A DNA stretch of 64,000 nt from Isurus oxyrinchus (lineage: Eukaryota), in the NCBI GenBank assembly GCA_026770705.1, contig JANJGN010000001.1:47430001-47494000 (forward strand). Direction: 5' to 3'. Below the pieces are notes generated by a model. The model made no database searches and was not told the origin of the DNA. It saw only the letters and a list, made by a program, of their open reading frames with translations. How positions within the stretch are numbered: position 1 is the stretch's first letter; the number at the start of each line of letters is the position of its first letter. Position numbers and translations under genes: made by a program. Positions 38,388 to 50,425 of the stretch are shown here, piece after piece.

Positions 38388-38504
38388 CAGAGGAGTTTTA
38401 CGCCGGCGGGATTTTATGGTCCCACCCAAATCAATGGACTTTTGAATGACTCACCACATTTTGCGGCCTTGCCCCTGCTAGAATGAAGGCAGAAGATTCT
38501 GCCC
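38388..38504. mobile_element. Small Harbinger-type MITE
   Basis: Right TIR aagattctgccc, degenerate left TIR, TSD ATA/ATA. Confidence 0.65.
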
Positions 38505-38659
38505 ATAAGTTATTTTTTAAGTGTAATCGAATCCAACCTTGTTTGAATTGCAATTACTTCAGTTTCTCAATTGTGATTTTCAATTTATCTTACCTTTGAC
38601 ACTTCAATTCCTAAAACCAATAGACATAATCCATGGACCAGATCTTCACTACTAATCTA

Positions 38660-39335
38660 AGAACAAGTTCAGCCAAACAGGCGGGCATGATGGTGGATGC
38701 GGACTGGTTGGGCACCTGTTCAATGAAATAGCAGAGAGCCCTCAGACCATCCTGGATTGGGGATGGAAGTGTAGAGAGATTTGAAAAGGAGACAGTTAGC
38801 ACCAGAAAATTGGAAACTGTTAAAATGGCATAGGCATTCAGAGTGCTAACTGTTTGGGTGAGAAGAAAGCGTACAAGGTGAGAAAATATGGAATTAAGAT
38901 AGGAAGAAATCAGTTCTGAGGGGCAGGAACAGGTTGAAATGATGGATCTACTACCCAGGGCTGTCCTGTTTGTGGATTTTGGGAAGGCTCTGCAATTGGG
39001 CTGTACAGGGTTGGGGGGCTATGAGGTTGGAGGCATATTGTAAAGACCTCTAGAAGAGATGATGTCAGTGTCAGTCTTGGCAACAATGGTTTGATGTTCA
39101 GTGATGGGGTCATGGTCCAGAGGGAGGTAAAAGGAGGTATCAGGCAGTTAGCGTGCTGCCTCCTCTAGGTAGATGTTGATTAGCCAAACAACAAGAGCAC
39201 CACCCCTGCCAGCAGGTTTGATGATAATGTTAGGGTTGGACCTGAGAAAAAGGAGTGTTACAAGTTCAGAGGGACTGAGGGAAGCAAAGAAGTTAAGACA
39301 ACTGGTGTCATGTCCCCGGTTCTCAATGGTAATTT
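38660..39335 (-). pseudogene. Penelope-like retroelement reverse-transcriptase fragment
   Basis: LSPSELVTLLFLRSNPNIIIKPAGRGGALVVW (IKPADKGG motif), YLPLDHDP, LPKIHK and KSLYTSIP motifs across frameshifts. Confidence 0.85.
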
Positions 39336-39984
39336 TGCATTTGTTCCAGAGAAAATAATAATGCAAGTTGCTGTATTGTTGTGAAGAACCAACTGGTTTA
39401 TTAATGTCCTTCATAAAAGGGAATCAGCAAGATTTATCTCCTGGCGATTCCATGCCAGACTCTTCAAGCTCCCAGCATAATGAGGAATGAGACATATTTG
39501 TGCTGCATTGTGCACATCACAAGAACAATTTTTAAAATTAATTCATGTTGCCTTCTGAAGTGTTCATCAAATAGGTAATCTACAATGATAAATAATTGCT
39601 CATAATGTACCAATCAACCATGAAGTTGACCATTTTATTCTGAAAGTTTACATTAAAGATCTATAAAGACAGTGCATAGCAATCAAACTCATATATTGGT
39701 CACCATTCTTTCATATTTACAAGAAGAATCTTCAAAATTAACTGTCTGTTCTGAGGTAAGCTGCACCTACAACCATTACCAACACAATATCAGAGGAAGA
39801 GGGAGCTCACTCTATCAAAGAAAGATCCCAACATTCAAAGACAGCGACAGCCAATAGTACATAATGTATTTACTCCAAGAACCGCTGCATAAGTAAAGAG
39901 AATTACCTTTTTCCACCCACTCACAATATTGAGGAATAGAACAAGGAGAATAAATAGCAATCTTCTTAACTTATTTCAGGGGCC

Positions 39985-40505
39985 CCAGAGCAGCTGAACA
40001 TAGGAATTCGCCAAGGCTCCTTAGGCAGCATCTTCCAAATCCACGACCACTACCATCTAGAAAGACAAGGGCAGCAGAAAGGTGGGAACACCACCACCTG
40101 GAAATTCCCCTCCAAGTTCCCCTCACTCACCACATTTTCCTTAGTTCTGTTGAAGAGTCAACGGAATCGAAACATTAACTGTGTTCCTCTCCGCAGATGC
40201 TGTCAGATCTGCTGAGTTTTTCCAGGTATTTTTATTTTTGTTTTTGTTTTGGATTTCTAGCATCCACAGTTTTTTGCTTTTATCCCCTCACTCACCATCC
40301 TGACTTGGAAATATATTGCCGTTCCTTCACTGCCGCTGGGTCAAGGTCCTGGAACTCCCTCCCTAACAGCACTGTGGGTGTACCTACACCACATGGACTG
40401 CAACGGTTCAAAAAGGCAGCTCACCACCATCTTCTCAAGGGCAACTAGGAATGGGCAGTAAATGCTGGCCCAGCTAGCAAAGTCCACATCCTGTAAATGA
40501 ATAAA
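39985..40505 (+). mobile_element. CR1-group LINE 3' end
   Basis: SRSWNSLPNSTVGVPTPHGLQRFKKAAHHHLLKGN; same family as 24158-24820. Confidence 0.85.
40133..40283 (+). mobile_element. Penelope-derived hammerhead element inserted in a LINE with a 14-bp duplication
   Basis: agtt-ctgttga-a-gagtc-aacg-gaatc-gaaa-catt-aact; flanked by cccctcactcacca at 40119-40132 and 40284-40297. Confidence 0.82.
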
Positions 40506-40929
40506 ATAAAACCTTTTAAAATCGCATGGGTGTTTAAGTCATTAAAAATATGAATGATGTTATCCAGGCGTATCCTTCCTTTCCTTCTCTCTACCTCATT
40601 GATTTTATGACCAAACTTTCCTCTTTGTGTTACATCATTCTAAACTTTCTTTCTCCTCCTTCCTGTATTGAAATAAACATTCATTGCACCCTCACTTATA
40701 CTTAGTCCTTAACAGGGTCTCAAAACAGAGCTGCCCTCAGTCTCTTTCCTTTATTTATTGCTTCTTGAGATGTGGGCAATGCAGCCAAGACCAATTTTAT
40801 TACCTTTAGCTTGAATGCCAGCAATGGAGCAGTTTTGTACAAATGAGCGACTTGCTAGGCCACTTGTGTGTGGTTGACTTCAGTAATCTATAAGCTTTTA
40901 AACCTAAACTTGGCTTTTATATTATTGCT

Positions 40930-41620
40930 ATATATCAGGCAAAGAAGGAGATCGCTTTGACCCATACCTTAATGTTACTGCCAGACCTACATATGAGCTG
41001 TCTCTATCCATATTTGCCTGATCAGTTCTCCTATCTTTTACTATTTTTCTTCTTCAAATGTTTACCTAATTCCTCTTAAATGTTTTGATTTGATTGACTT
41101 CAAAAGCCACTTGTAGTCATATGTTTCTTGGTTTAATAACATTTACATAAAAACTTTTCTTCTAATCATAAATGTTATGTTTTAATTACTAACTCTAATT
41201 AATTCCCCCCTTGTTACTAGTTCATGCACCAGTGGAAATATTATTTTTCCATTTATCATCTGAAATCCCATCATAATTTTGAGCATTTCTGTGAAACCTC
41301 AACTTAGCCTTCTCTGCTGTAATGAGATCTTCACATCTCTGTCACAATTATATCCTCTCATCCCTGGCATCATATTAATAAATCTAGATCCCACTTTGTC
41401 TATGGCATTCTTTCTATAAAGTGGTATCCAAAACTGCACAGAGTGCTCTAACTTTAGCATAACCAATATCTTATACAGATTCATTTCTAACTCCTTGTTG
41501 TTCTGTTCAATGCCTTCTACATTAATTCTCATTTGTGCTTTTTAACCTGCAATCTGTGTACCTATCTCTCAGCTCCTCCAATCCATTCAGAACTTTACCA
41601 TTCAGGGGATATTTTTCCTT
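40930..41620 (-). mobile_element. Old CR1 3' portion
   Basis: LYKILVMLKLEHSVQFWIPLYRK..RFINMMPGMRG. Confidence 0.7.
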
Positions 41621-43009
41621 TCTCTCCTTTTACTTTTCTGTTGTTTGATTCCTCCCAACCTTGGTTTACTCTGCACTAAGGGCCTTAGCCCTTAATTAAG
41701 TTGCTCAATTAAAAACACAAATATCCAACCATATAAAAACAGGAACAATATGCAACAAAAGATGGTTAGGGACACTTAGTTAGCACTCTGGTCAACTGTC
41801 AGATCCACACCTTCTCCTATCCTGTTCTACACCATTTGAGGATTTTGAAAGATTGACCTCTCACGATACACTAAGCAACCAAGTGCCAGAAATGTTGAGG
41901 CAGTTGCAAATCTTACAACGCCCAGCAAGGTACTTTAGTCTGACTCAGGAAGCACTAAATGAGAATTTTTACCCCAAATCTCCTAGAAATGATTAGTACA
42001 CTTAATCAATACAGATACCCACCTTACATATTTTCCTTTCAGATAATACAAAACTTCTTTCAAGCAAAATGTTTATTGCAGCTTCCTTGTGTACCACTAG
42101 CTTGTTCTGGTGATTCAGTTGTACATGTAGACCTCATCACTCAACTGAAAAAAGCACAGGGAGTTTACAATTTCCTTCCCCTGCTAAGAGATAAATGGCA
42201 CTATTTTCTTTTGGTGATTGGCAGCAGTGAAACTGCCTGCAAAATTGCTGTTTCTCTCAATTAAAAACAGCTAGCTGGATTATTATAGAGACTCATGTCT
42301 TAATAATGACACATCCAGCCTGTTGTGATCCTTGAACAGCACAAAAGAAGGAGAAAATTGTGGAGTAAATGACTTATGCCATCACTTATAGCATTTCATA
42401 TATTCCTGCAACTTTTGCACCACTCTACTGTTATTCCACAGCAGTAAAAGTTGGAAGATAATCTTACTAGGTCCACCACCCACTGAAAAGAATGGTAATC
42501 ATGATTTTGCTGGACCGCACCATGTCACATAGATTTAAAATAATGACAGCTGGTGGTCTGCTTGATTTATAGCTAATAGATTCTTCTTCTTCAAATTGCT
42601 TAAATGATTAAACATGAATCAGACTGTAGCTAGAGTATAGGCTCAGCACCACAGTGGAATATCTGTACTTAAATCCATGATGTGCTCAATGTGGAAATAA
42701 GCAAATCTATTCCACTGTGTTGAGGATACTGGGAGTAGCACTTTGGATAAGTGCCATACTTCAGATTCATATTAAGGGCAGATTTCAAAACTTAAAATTG
42801 TCACCCAGCTGGTACAGGGAGAAATAACTGCACCACCTCCAATTCACCACCATCTTTTCTATGGCATATTTTAATGACAAACAGCAAAATAGAAAAAAAA
42901 TGTATTGATAGCTAGATTAGCACATGAGATGGCTACAATTGCCAATCTAACTGTTACAAAATATCTGAGCCCATATGCAGTTTTCACTTTTGATATATAG
43001 CATTAATAA

Positions 43010-43270
43010 AAAAAGAAACACTTGCAAATATATACCTTTCATGACCTCAGGATGTCCTGAAGCGCTTTACAGCCAATGAAGTACTTTTGAAGTGAAGTCA
43101 CTTGTGTATGCACGAAACACATCACCCAATTTGCACATAGCAAGCTCCCACAAACAGCAGCATAATAATGACTAGATAACCTGTTTCTGTGATGCTGATT
43201 TAGGGATAAACATTGAGCAGGACTTTAGGGATAACTGCCCTCTTATGCTTCCAATGTCATGCGATCTTAA
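43010..43270 (-). mobile_element. Deu-type SINE 3' half
   Basis: Homologous to 29200-29460. Confidence 0.75.
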
Positions 43271-43279
43271 GACCTCTAA

Positions 43280-44680
43280 CAAAATTTGGAAATTCAGTTC
43301 AGAATTCTTTTGATTTGTCTTGGCTTTCCAATTCTTCTACTTTATAGATAAGTTGTTAATCTGTGAAAGCTTTTCAGCTTAATAGTGACCACTCTTGTTT
43401 TGGATCACCTACAAATTTTCTTTGATTTCTCTTCCTTTCTACTGAAGTGTATCCGTCAACTACCTCTTGACCTTCAGTTGAATGCCTCCTGGACCATGGA
43501 GTCCTACGGCCAATGGCTGAAGTAAGTCTTGCTTTAGCCACTGTTCTGTGTCCGAAAGAATTGAAACTCCTGCTCCAGTGTCTAATTGTCTAATTTGGAA
43601 GTTAGTTTCATGTCCAATGACCACAATGTCTGCACTCCAATGGTTCCCATTAGATCATGTCATTTCTCCCAAGAATGGCACTTCATTGTCTTTTATATCT
43701 TCAATTTATTGAATGTTAATTGGTTTCTCCTTTAATTTCTGAGTTGGAAGCTTTTTGTTGCAGCATCCAGCTTTAAAATGTCCCCCCCCCCACCCTCCCG
43801 CCAGAGGAATGGCACTCTGCATTTTGGCAGGACACTCTTCACGCCAATGCAGCCTTTTCCTGCCATAGCAAGAACACTGAGTAATGGTGACCACCTTATA
43901 CCACAAGGTATCACACCTTCTTCACTCTTTCCCTGTTTTTGATTAGGTGCGCTGCTACTTCTGTGTCCTACAAACTGCACTATGTCAGTTGTTTTTCTCC
44001 ACGAAATCTCCCTGTAGCCTCAAATACATACATGACTTTGTCTTCTTACTTCTGCCTGCCTTGTTAACTGCATAAGGTTGATAGTTTCAAATTCTCCCTC
44101 ATCTGTAGAAAATCTGTTAAAGCCTCCTTTAAGGCTCCTACAACAATGCAATCCCAAACTAATTCACCTTTCCTGGCTGCATATTTGCATAATTCTCGTT
44201 AGTCGGTGCAAATCGTGAAGGAATCTACACTCCCTCCCAGCCTTTGGGTACATCTGTTGAACTTTACCCTTTTCCATGATTGTGTTCCTTCCAGGGCTGA
44301 AATATGTATCAAAGGCCCTGGTAACATATTCACATGTCATCATTTCTTCATTTATGCCCAGTCTGACCATTACATTTTCTGCATGACATAGAGAAGGATA
44401 CTGTTCTCTACCTGGCAAACCTATGATGTCATTCCTGCCACTTCTCTGCTTAATCCAGGCCTTCCATGTGTTTGAAGCACTTTGGTAAAGATAAGATTTT
44501 TTCCATGGCTTTTCTTCACTCTAGCCTTTCTTTGAGTTCTGTTGGCGTTTGTTTCTGCACTGTCCTTTCCTCACAGTCATTTTGCTTACCGCTTTTTCAG
44601 TCACTGGGCTGTTTACTCAGTGCTTTTTCCATTGTCTTCACCGCTGCCACCATTTCTTACCATTATTGTGGTTCTTAGCT
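43280..44680 (-). pseudogene. Gypsy gag-protease remnant
   Basis: AFDTYFSPGRNTIMEK (gag), decayed zinc knuckles C..G...H.REECPA..GHF..C, and the aspartic-protease motif LDTGAGVSIL (~43555-43585). Confidence 0.8.
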
Positions 44681-46197
44681 GAGGTTGTCCTTGGTTAGGA
44701 TCAATGGAGACTCCTGGAGGCCAGGCTGGTGGTAAACTTTAATATTTAATTGAATTTGAGTTCCATCAGCTGCCATGGTGGGATTTGATCCCATGTTTCC
44801 AAAGAATTTGTCTGGGCCTCTGGATTACTAGTCCTGTGACATTACCAGTTCGCCACTGTCTCCACCTAAATTGTATACTTTAATTTAAAAATTACATTTC
44901 TGATACATTTATTAAACATTCTTCTAACTATGTACAGGACAAGGCTTAACATGAGGCTTCACATAAAACCATCTCTCGGCATGCTCTGTTGTCAGGTGAT
45001 CTTACATCGCTGATGATATAGACTGTCTATTTAAATATTTAACATTAACCCTTTGCGCTACAATTGGTAGCTAGAAAAAAGTAAAAATATCTATGGACAG
45101 AATGGAAGCTACACCAGTGAGGATGGACCACACCTGCTACCATCACCTTGAGATGGCATTTCAGCCCTGCATGAACTGAATTTCTGAGGGCAATTCTTGG
45201 CAACCTCCTGATTCTTGGTACCACCAGTGTTCTTTTTCTCTAAAGGAATAGAGATTTTTTTTAAATTAAAATTTTCCTTGCATTGTTAATTTCACAATCC
45301 TTTAATCTGTTTTTTGTAAGAAGATGCACAGTTGATTGTCCTATTCACTCACATCTCAGATACCCTGTAACCCTGGTTATATTGTTAGCAGATCACACAT
45401 TCATCAACAGTTTATGTAAAAAATTGAACAGCCTAAATGAATAAGAGTAAATCTAACTAATGGTAGACACCAATAGGCGCCCTTGCTACTGCAAATTATG
45501 GCAAATTGTGCTTCTTAGTTAAAAGTTAGTGGAAAAACTCAAATCAAAGTAACAGCTACATCCAGTCACGACATTAGTGCAGAATGTCAACTCTGGTTCC
45601 CTCTCTTTTTCTCAATTCATCCACATTATACCACAGTAACAGGAAAAATAAATTGAAACTGAGATGAATTGTCCCTAACAGCAGACATGGAATACTGATC
45701 ATGTCTTGAATTAAAACAAGTCATTATTCAGAATCTAAAATATATTTTCCTCTCTGGATGAAGTTTATCATAAAAATGAATTTGAGTAATTGGTTGAGTG
45801 AGCCCAGCAGTAAGATTGAAAAGAGTTTCCTTCCATTTACATTGCTGCTCAAAGTCAAGCTTCCATGCTTAGGTCTGTTTAGGAAAGTTAGCTCCCTGCA
45901 AAATGAAGATATTCTAAGAAATGGTTAAGCCTTTGGGAAAGTCAAGATAAATTGTTCAATTTATTTCACAAGGTCAGTCTAAGGTGGAAGAGAATTGGGG
46001 CCAGAAGAAACCCAGCAAAATTATTATTTTTTAAACTGTTTACTTTCCTTGTGAATCAGGAGTACAGTAACCCTCTTGCCCAAAAGTATGGTGTAGCCCC
46101 ATTTTTAAGTTTGCAAAGTTTGGAACAGGGGGTTCTGACAGCATTCAGCAAACCTGGAGGTAGGTCCAGCACATTTGCCAGTAACTTTCTAGCTTAG

Positions 46198-46452
46198 TCA
46201 CCCCATTATCATTTTACTCGAGGGCTCCCGTCCAGTCAGTGACAGTGGTCGTGATGTGGGCCCACATGACACAATCTCAACTCCAGTATTAAAAGGGACA
46301 ATCCAAAGATGCAAGTTGACAGAGTTGGAGTTGACTGTCAAAAAACAACAAACGTCAGAATGGGAGTCCAGCCGGGAGAGGGCTGGGCAATGTTTCACTG
46401 ACACCTCCATGAATGTGCAGACAGAGGCTGTGAGGAGAGATATCCTTTCCTA
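46198..46452 (+). mobile_element. Harbinger fragment (Myb promoter and start), same family as 36286-37530
   Basis: Aligns by eye to 36430-36665 (cagtatt(t)aaaaggg.caatccaaagatgcaagttg). Confidence 0.7.
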
Positions 46453-46494
46453 GGGGGGTTCCACCTGCTTAAAAACTTTTACAATAGAAGCTTT

Positions 46495-46592
46495 CTTCAG
46501 TTCTGATGTAAGGTCATCGACCTGAAATGTTAACTCTGTTCCTCTCCACAGATGCTGCCTGATCCACTGAGTTTTTCCGGCTTTTTTTGTTG
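46495..46592 (+). mobile_element. Penelope-derived hammerhead element
   Basis: agtt-ctgatgt-a-aggtc-atc-gacct-gaaa-tgtt-aact followed by the family 3' sequence. Confidence 0.75.
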
Positions 46593-46965
46593 CTTGACTG
46601 AGTCCTTCTGAGGGTACACTTTCACTGTATTTATTTAGTCCATTCTTACACATGTGAGACTTTACAAGATGGTTATGTTTTCAATGGGCGTAATCGTCCC
46701 AGATTTGCAATGAATGCGGTAGTGGGCGGGGAAAATTACGTTTTGCCCATTGGCTGCAATGGCGGCTTCTCACACTGTATCGTTCCAAACCCGCTGCATT
46801 AATTATGCATTCCTGGGAAACACGCCGTTTCAATAGTGGGCAGGCTCTCATTCGCGCGCCAAGCCATCACTTTGCCAGCTCAGCATGCCATGCACCATAG
46901 TTAAAGTGCAGCTGCGCACACACCTCCCCGTGCTTCCAGCCCAGGACTAGGCCTGCATGGAAAAC

Positions 46966-48665
46966 ATGGCCCTGAAAGGCAAAAAGAATGCAGCTCCCCT
47001 GTTTTCATGACACGTCCCTTAAGTGCTCTTTGGACACCATAGAGGCCTGCCAAGATGTCCTCTACCCCCCTCTGGCCACAGGAGGGGCAGCAGCATCACC
47101 AATGCGGCTTGAGTGGCAGTGGCAGCGGTGGTCAGCGCCAACCTCCTGCAAAAGAGGACAGCCAACCAGTGCCACAAGAGGATGAATAATCTCCTTCATT
47201 CCGCCAGGGTAAGTCACTCTTCTCATCACTCTCAACTCACACACTCACAAACCCATCACACATCCACAGGGATCTCACTCAGTGCCAGTTCAAGAGACAT
47301 CACCATTCACTCTCTCACAGATATATTCATTGTCCTCATCCTGTCCATGGGACCACTCACCACCCACACATGCAAGGCATACTTATCATCTGGCGTGGCA
47401 GGTGTCCTGCTTACAATTTTTCCATCTCTATCCATGCAGGACAAGCTGGCATGCAACAAGAGAGAGAGGTCGCAGACTGGTGGAGGAATGCCTGAAATCA
47501 AGGTCCTCATGGACTTTGAAAATAAAGTCATACAGCTGGTAAGGATCTGGACCAGTCCTGTGCTGGCAGTGAGGTCAGCGCTGCTCTACCAAGTGAGGAT
47601 CCAGCAGTGCAACATCCATCAGACAATCATACTGTGGGTGATGTGTTCTGTTTCACAAGCCACCGCCATGCACTAATTACCTCCTCTTGCTTCTGCAGGC
47701 ATATCTGGGAAACAGCTGATGGGGCCCTTGACCCAGGTCCTCGACTCAAGCCCAGAGGAAAGTTCAGAAGAGGAATCTGCTGAAACCCTCATTGAACAGC
47801 GCTCACCCACACCCTCCAGCAGCGCAGAGACACACACCTCAGTGGGACCTAATCCTGGAGTAGCCTCGGGATCACAGTCTGGCGAACACATCATACTTTC
47901 TGATCCACAGGTAGAGGCAGGGACTTCCCAGGTCCCCGGCACTCAAAGGACTGCTGGAGGCCAGAAATTTGCCGAGTCTGAGTCAAATGACGAGCCTCTG
48001 GACTTGGTCATGTCACAGTTATTGGAGCTGCAAAGGCAAGCTCAGGAACATCAGGAAAGGATGTGCACTGCCCTCCTCAGATTGTAAGGCATGATGGAGG
48101 AGTCTGTCCACCTTCAGGCTGAGGTGATAACACCAGCATGCCAATGCACCGAGATCAAGACTGATAGGATGGTGGCCAACATGGAGACTATTGTCCAGGG
48201 CATTCCTCCTGCTCTTTTGCATGGGCTGAACTCCATCACTGATGCCATAGTTGGCCTCCAATAGTGTGTACACAAGAGGGGTGCCGGGCAGCTCGATCTC
48301 ACTGCAGTCATCCCTTCTCCTCAAAAAGTCAGCCTGGGGCCGTTGGGCACCCATAGGGAGGAGAATCAGCGGGTGCACACTCCGGGGCCATCCATCCAGG
48401 TGACTCCAGGATTGTTCATGCCATCTGAATCCCCTCTTCCTATCACCCCAGCAGCTCCAGCTCCACAGGCCGAGGAGGGGCCACTGCCACACAGCAGGAT
48501 CACGAAAACAGGCTGGAGCCCTCCAAGTCTTGGCCCTCTAGAGTATGCCCCTCAAAGCCATCACAGACATGGCGTAGTAGTCAGCAGGCTGCCTCCACCT
48601 CCACTGTGGATGTCTGTGGAGCACCAAGATGTAGCGGCAGGGTTAGGAAGGTTAAGAAGATGCAG
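46966..48665 (+). pseudogene. Harbinger Myb/SANT gene, three exons
   Basis: Exons 46966-47208 (..VAAVVSANLLQKRTANQCHKRMNNLLHSAR|gtaagt), 47440-47592 (DKLACNKRERSQTGGG) and 47699-~48665; stops and frameshifts present. Confidence 0.87.
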
Positions 48666-49229
48666 TTGCGTAGCCTGGGCATGGGTGTTAATCACTTGTA
48701 CATAATGTGCACTATTGTAAGTAAACTTTCAACAATCTCTCCCTGCCTATGTTCTCCCTTGTTCTGATGAGCAGTGTTCATGTCAATCAGATGTGAAACC
48801 TTTCTGCACAAGATAAAGGCAAGTGTCTCAGTCCAGGGCCTCTTCCCTGTGCTTTGTGCAGCCTTCAGACCAAAGTGATAGTCTGGCCTCACACTCCCTG
48901 GACACATAATTGATGCCTGCACCTTGACGATGCTTGTCATTGCTGCCTGAATGTCGTGGGCAGGCGTCACAGAGTTCCATCATTCTAACTGTGTGCTCTC
49001 CACACATTTAAGGTGGGGCTGGCCCCCATCTCTTCAGCATCTGTGACCGGTGACGCTGTGCTCCTGAAGGGGTCAGGTGCTGAAGGCACACAAAGGATCA
49101 GGTACTTTTAAAGCTTCACAGCTGCATCTCTATGATGTGACCCTGACCGCAGAGCGCAAATGAGCTGCTCTTGGCCAGACAGGAGTCAGACATTTTCAGA
49201 GGCTATGTGAAGATTTATGGAGTGTCCTC

Positions 49230-50425
49230 ACTGCATGTCACCAAGATCCTCCACAAATCTAGCAGCTACGAGGGCCTCATCGCCGTCATCATTGCCTTTG
49301 AGGATCCCCGTTGGCATCCTCCTCATCTGAGGAGACCTGAAGCTCCTTCATCTCCTCCTCGGCCAGCTCCTCCACCCTTTGCAGTACCAGGTTGTAAAGG
49401 GTGCAGCAGATGACGACGGTGAGTGACACCCTCTGTGGACTGTATTGCAGCGCTCCAGCAAACTAGTCCAGGCACTGGAACCTCATTTTCAACATCCCAA
49501 TGGTCTGCTCCACTAAGTTGCGAGTTGCAGTATGAGTCGCATTCTACCTTCGCTTTGCTGCAGTCTGAGGCTGCCACACGAGTGGCATCAGCCACGGCCT
49601 CTGCGGGTAGCTCTTGTCCCTGAGGAGCCAACCCTGCAGCCTCTGTGGACCCTGGAAGGTGTCAGGGATCTGAGACTGACTGAGAATGTAGGAGTCGTGA
49701 ACACTCCCTGGAAACCATGTGCAGACCTGCAGGATGCTTTTGTGGTGGTTTCACACCAGCTGCACCATTCAGCAAATGGAATCCCTTGTGGTTGATATAG
49801 TTGACTGTGCGCTGCGATGGAGATCTGAGCGCCACGTGAGTGCAGTCGATCACACCCTTCACCTGTGGGAAACCCGAGATCTGGGCAAATCCAATCGTTC
49901 TTGCATCCTGGCTTTCCTGGTCCTAGGTGAAATGCACAATATGTGCCCTTGTGAAGATGGCATCCGTGACATGGTTTAATTTGTAGGTGGAGGCTTGCGA
50001 AATCCCAGAGAAGTCATCTGTGGAGCCCTGAAAGGAGACATTGATGTAGAAATTGAGCACCGCAGTCACTTTCATGGCCACTGGCAGTGGATGCTCTCCA
50101 TGTCCACATGGCACCAAATTCTGCAGTCAGTGGCAGATGTGACCGACCAGTTCCCTAGACATGCACAGTGTTCAGCGACGCTGGTTCTCGGTCATCTGTA
50201 GGAATGAAAGGCGGTGTCTATAGACCCTGGGTCTAGCCAAGTGCTGACCAGCAATTGCTCTTCAGTGGCGTGTGGGAGCCCCAGCTGTCCCTTATTCCTG
50301 AGAGTGCTGCTCCTCCCTCTGCACAGCCAGGCACCTCCATCACTCTCTTCCCTGTTGTTTTCACTCTCTGTATGACACAAAGCATACAGCTAGTTCACCA
50401 GGCTCCGTGATCCTGATGCATTCCT
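49230..50425 (-). pseudogene. Harbinger (HARBI1-like) DDE transposase
   Basis: LPVAMKVTAVLNFY..SFQGSTDDFSGISQ, KGVIDCTHVAL, INHKGFH; upstream intron with acceptor ~50428 and donor GTGAGT ~51171; TATATAA at ~51213-51219 (minus). Confidence 0.88.

Noticed and set aside
38594-38610. 17-nt minus-strand micro-exon (ttttAG...AAG|GTAAGA)
   Set aside because: Weak polypyrimidine tract next to a Penelope fragment; not supportable without RNA data.
45361-45385. TACCCTGTA as miR-10
   Set aside because: Only 9 nt match, no hairpin and no Hox context.
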